Part shown: positions 62,245 through 64,000 of the stretch, one piece after another | Layout of the letters: every line of letters begins with the position of its first letter | How positions within the stretch are numbered: position 1 is the stretch's first letter | Assembly: GCF_026210795.1 (NCBI RefSeq) | Contig: NC_089429.1 | Coordinates: 186,001-250,000, forward strand | Source of the DNA: Rhizophagus irregularis | Lineage: Eukaryota | Length of the DNA stretch: 64,000 nt | Reading direction: 5' to 3' | The notes under the pieces: generated by a model | Told to the model about the DNA's origin: nothing | Seen by the model: the letters and a program-made list of their open reading frames with translations, nothing else | Databases searched by the model: none | Position numbers and translations under genes: made by a program

Positions 62245-64000
62245 TTAATTGGAAGAAGCTGAATCAGCTTGTTCCAGGGGAGCACCACCAAGGGAGCCAA
62301 TGAATTGCTTGATATGACCAGTAAGTTGGTCCAATTTACTTTCAATAGCGACACGACTATTTTTGAGATCATTAATTTCTTCTTGTGTGGAGGAGATGGG
62401 AGTAAAAGGAGGAGCATTTGGAGAAAGGTGAGAAGAAGGAGGTGATGTGTCAGGGAACAATAGTGAATGTAGGCGAAGGTCGCGTTAAAATACTTTTGGG
62501 AGGCGGCGAAGATTTAGCGGAAGACAGAATATTAAGAGGAACATGAGTTACAGGGGCATCTTCTTGCATGAGGTCCGGTTCAGGTTCATTGGGTATAGGG
62601 AGTGGATCAAGGCCAAGGTGTGATTCAATACGAGTCATCCGTTGGTCAGCAAGTTCAAGAGCGGAGATGCGTTTGTGAAAGTTAGCAACTTCACATTGTA
62701 ATTCTCGTAAAAGGTTTAGAATGTTGTTAGCATCATCAGGAGATAATGCAGAGTTAGGAGTTTGTCGGGGTAAGGGACGTGCTGTAGAACGAGAGGAGGA
62801 AGAAAAGGAGACAGATCGTTCTTTACTATTATGGCGGGCACGTTGAGAAGTATTGGGAGGGGGTTTGTTGTGATTACTATTATCATTATTAGTGCGGTCT
62901 TGGGAAGCGTTATTGGCTCGTCTAGAATTGGAAGCAGATCGATCTTTAAATTTGGAGCGAGATCGAGAGCGAGAACGTGCATTGGCAATATTAGGATTGG
63001 AGCGAGGTTGATTAACATTGAATCGTTCTTTGAGTTTTGCAACAGGGTCGCGAGTGCGGCTTCTACCTCTGGTTTGTTTGAGTGGGCAAAAATTAGGAGC
63101 ACAACCTAGTTTGCCACATCTGTGACAAAGTTTATTAGTATTATCGGGGGAGGACCAGAAAAGCACTTTGCCTTGGAAGCTAACAGTCTGTTCCATAGCA
63201 GCATCCATGGTTTCTTGGGAGTTGAAGGTGACATAGGCCCATCTTTTGGGTTTGTAGGAATTTAAAGAAAGAGGAACATTGACAGCTTTTGCACCAAGTT
63301 CGCGTGTAAGAGGAGCCAAGTTGATATCCTTAACATTGGGAGGAAGTTGAGTGAGGGTGGCAACGTATTGACGGCGCGCAGCCTTTTGATCCACAGTATA
63401 GAAACATGGAGTAATTCGGAGACAGGTGGAGAAACAGTAAACAGCCCATTGGTCGGTAAAATGAGCAATTGAATCAGCGTGATCATACACAATATGGGCT
63501 TGTTGGACTTTAGCATTAGGCCTGGAGAAGAGGCGACAAGAGGTAATATTACCAAATTTTTTGAAATAGGCCATGAGGTTGTCCTTTTTGATAAAGAAAG
63601 GGATATCGGTAACTTGGATAGCCCGGAGATCTTCATTGGATCAGAGTTGGCGAGGGTCATGGGCATGAAAAATCAAGTCGGGGAACTCAGGATGAGAGGA
63701 ACCAACGCACAGATCGCGTGCTTCAGCGGTATGGAAGTGGATAACGAGGCGTTTAGCCTCACCAGAACCTGTCATACGAGCTTTTCCAGTGAATGACTCG
63801 TACGTTTCTAAGAAAAGGTTATTCACAGCCTCAATAAGGGCTTTATTGGTAGGGAATTTCTTGAGAGATTCAGGGGCAGCATTCGGCGCAGCCGCAGCCT
63901 GAAAATCATTTCTGGTTATGGCAAGGGTCACCACTGGATCTGGGGTTTCGATCACCATCAGGAGCACCATTAGTATCCAAATTGGGCGACGCGTTAGGGG
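62245..64000 (-). CDS. LINE ORF1 (RRM-like domains, zinc knuckle, RS-rich and coiled-coil regions), frameshifted, 5' truncated by the window
   Basis: YFKKFGNITSC and WAYVTFNSQETMDAAM (RRM-like); CHRCGKLGCAPNFC knuckle; RSRSRSRS; stop 50 bp before the ORF2 ATG. Confidence 0.85.

Larger units (their letters stand above)
56335..64000 (-). mobile_element. Non-LTR retrotransposon (LINE) with ORF1 and ORF2; 5' end beyond the window
   Basis: Two consecutive minus-strand ORFs with gag-like and APE-RT-RNase H domains; 3' UTR ending in AATAAATTTAATAAAGATAAAG near 56335. Confidence 0.95.

Overview
Very AT-rich, intron-dense eukaryotic DNA that looks like an arbuscular mycorrhizal fungus (Glomeromycotina, Rhizophagus-like); this assignment is inferred from composition, intron style and repeat content. 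Only three probable host genes are visible: a ~20-exon HIRA/HIR1 histone chaperone (204-4659 +), a 5-exon coiled-coil/low-complexity protein (5335-6717 -) and an intronless IQ+BAG-like protein (41216-42178 -). Most of the rest is deeply nested transposons. These include a 6.66-kb hAT element with TIRs, an 8-bp TSD and a second convergent 4-exon gene; a family of AGGACCC-ended MITEs; pogo, hAT and CACTA-like non-autonomous elements; a non-autonomous Helitron; a 967-bp tRNA-derived SINE; Zator, pogo and hAT transposase relics; and a near-intact RNase H-containing LINE running off the right edge. Three observations stand out. (1) The hAT accessory gene sits with three arrays of an element-specific 16-bp palindrome, a layout reminiscent of VANDAL/VANC anti-silencing systems. 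(2) Tandem micro-exon/intron arrays are carried by several unrelated non-autonomous elements. (3) A ~115-bp imperfect-palindrome module is shared by elements with unrelated termini. All coordinates were read by eye; boundaries of degraded elements are approximate.
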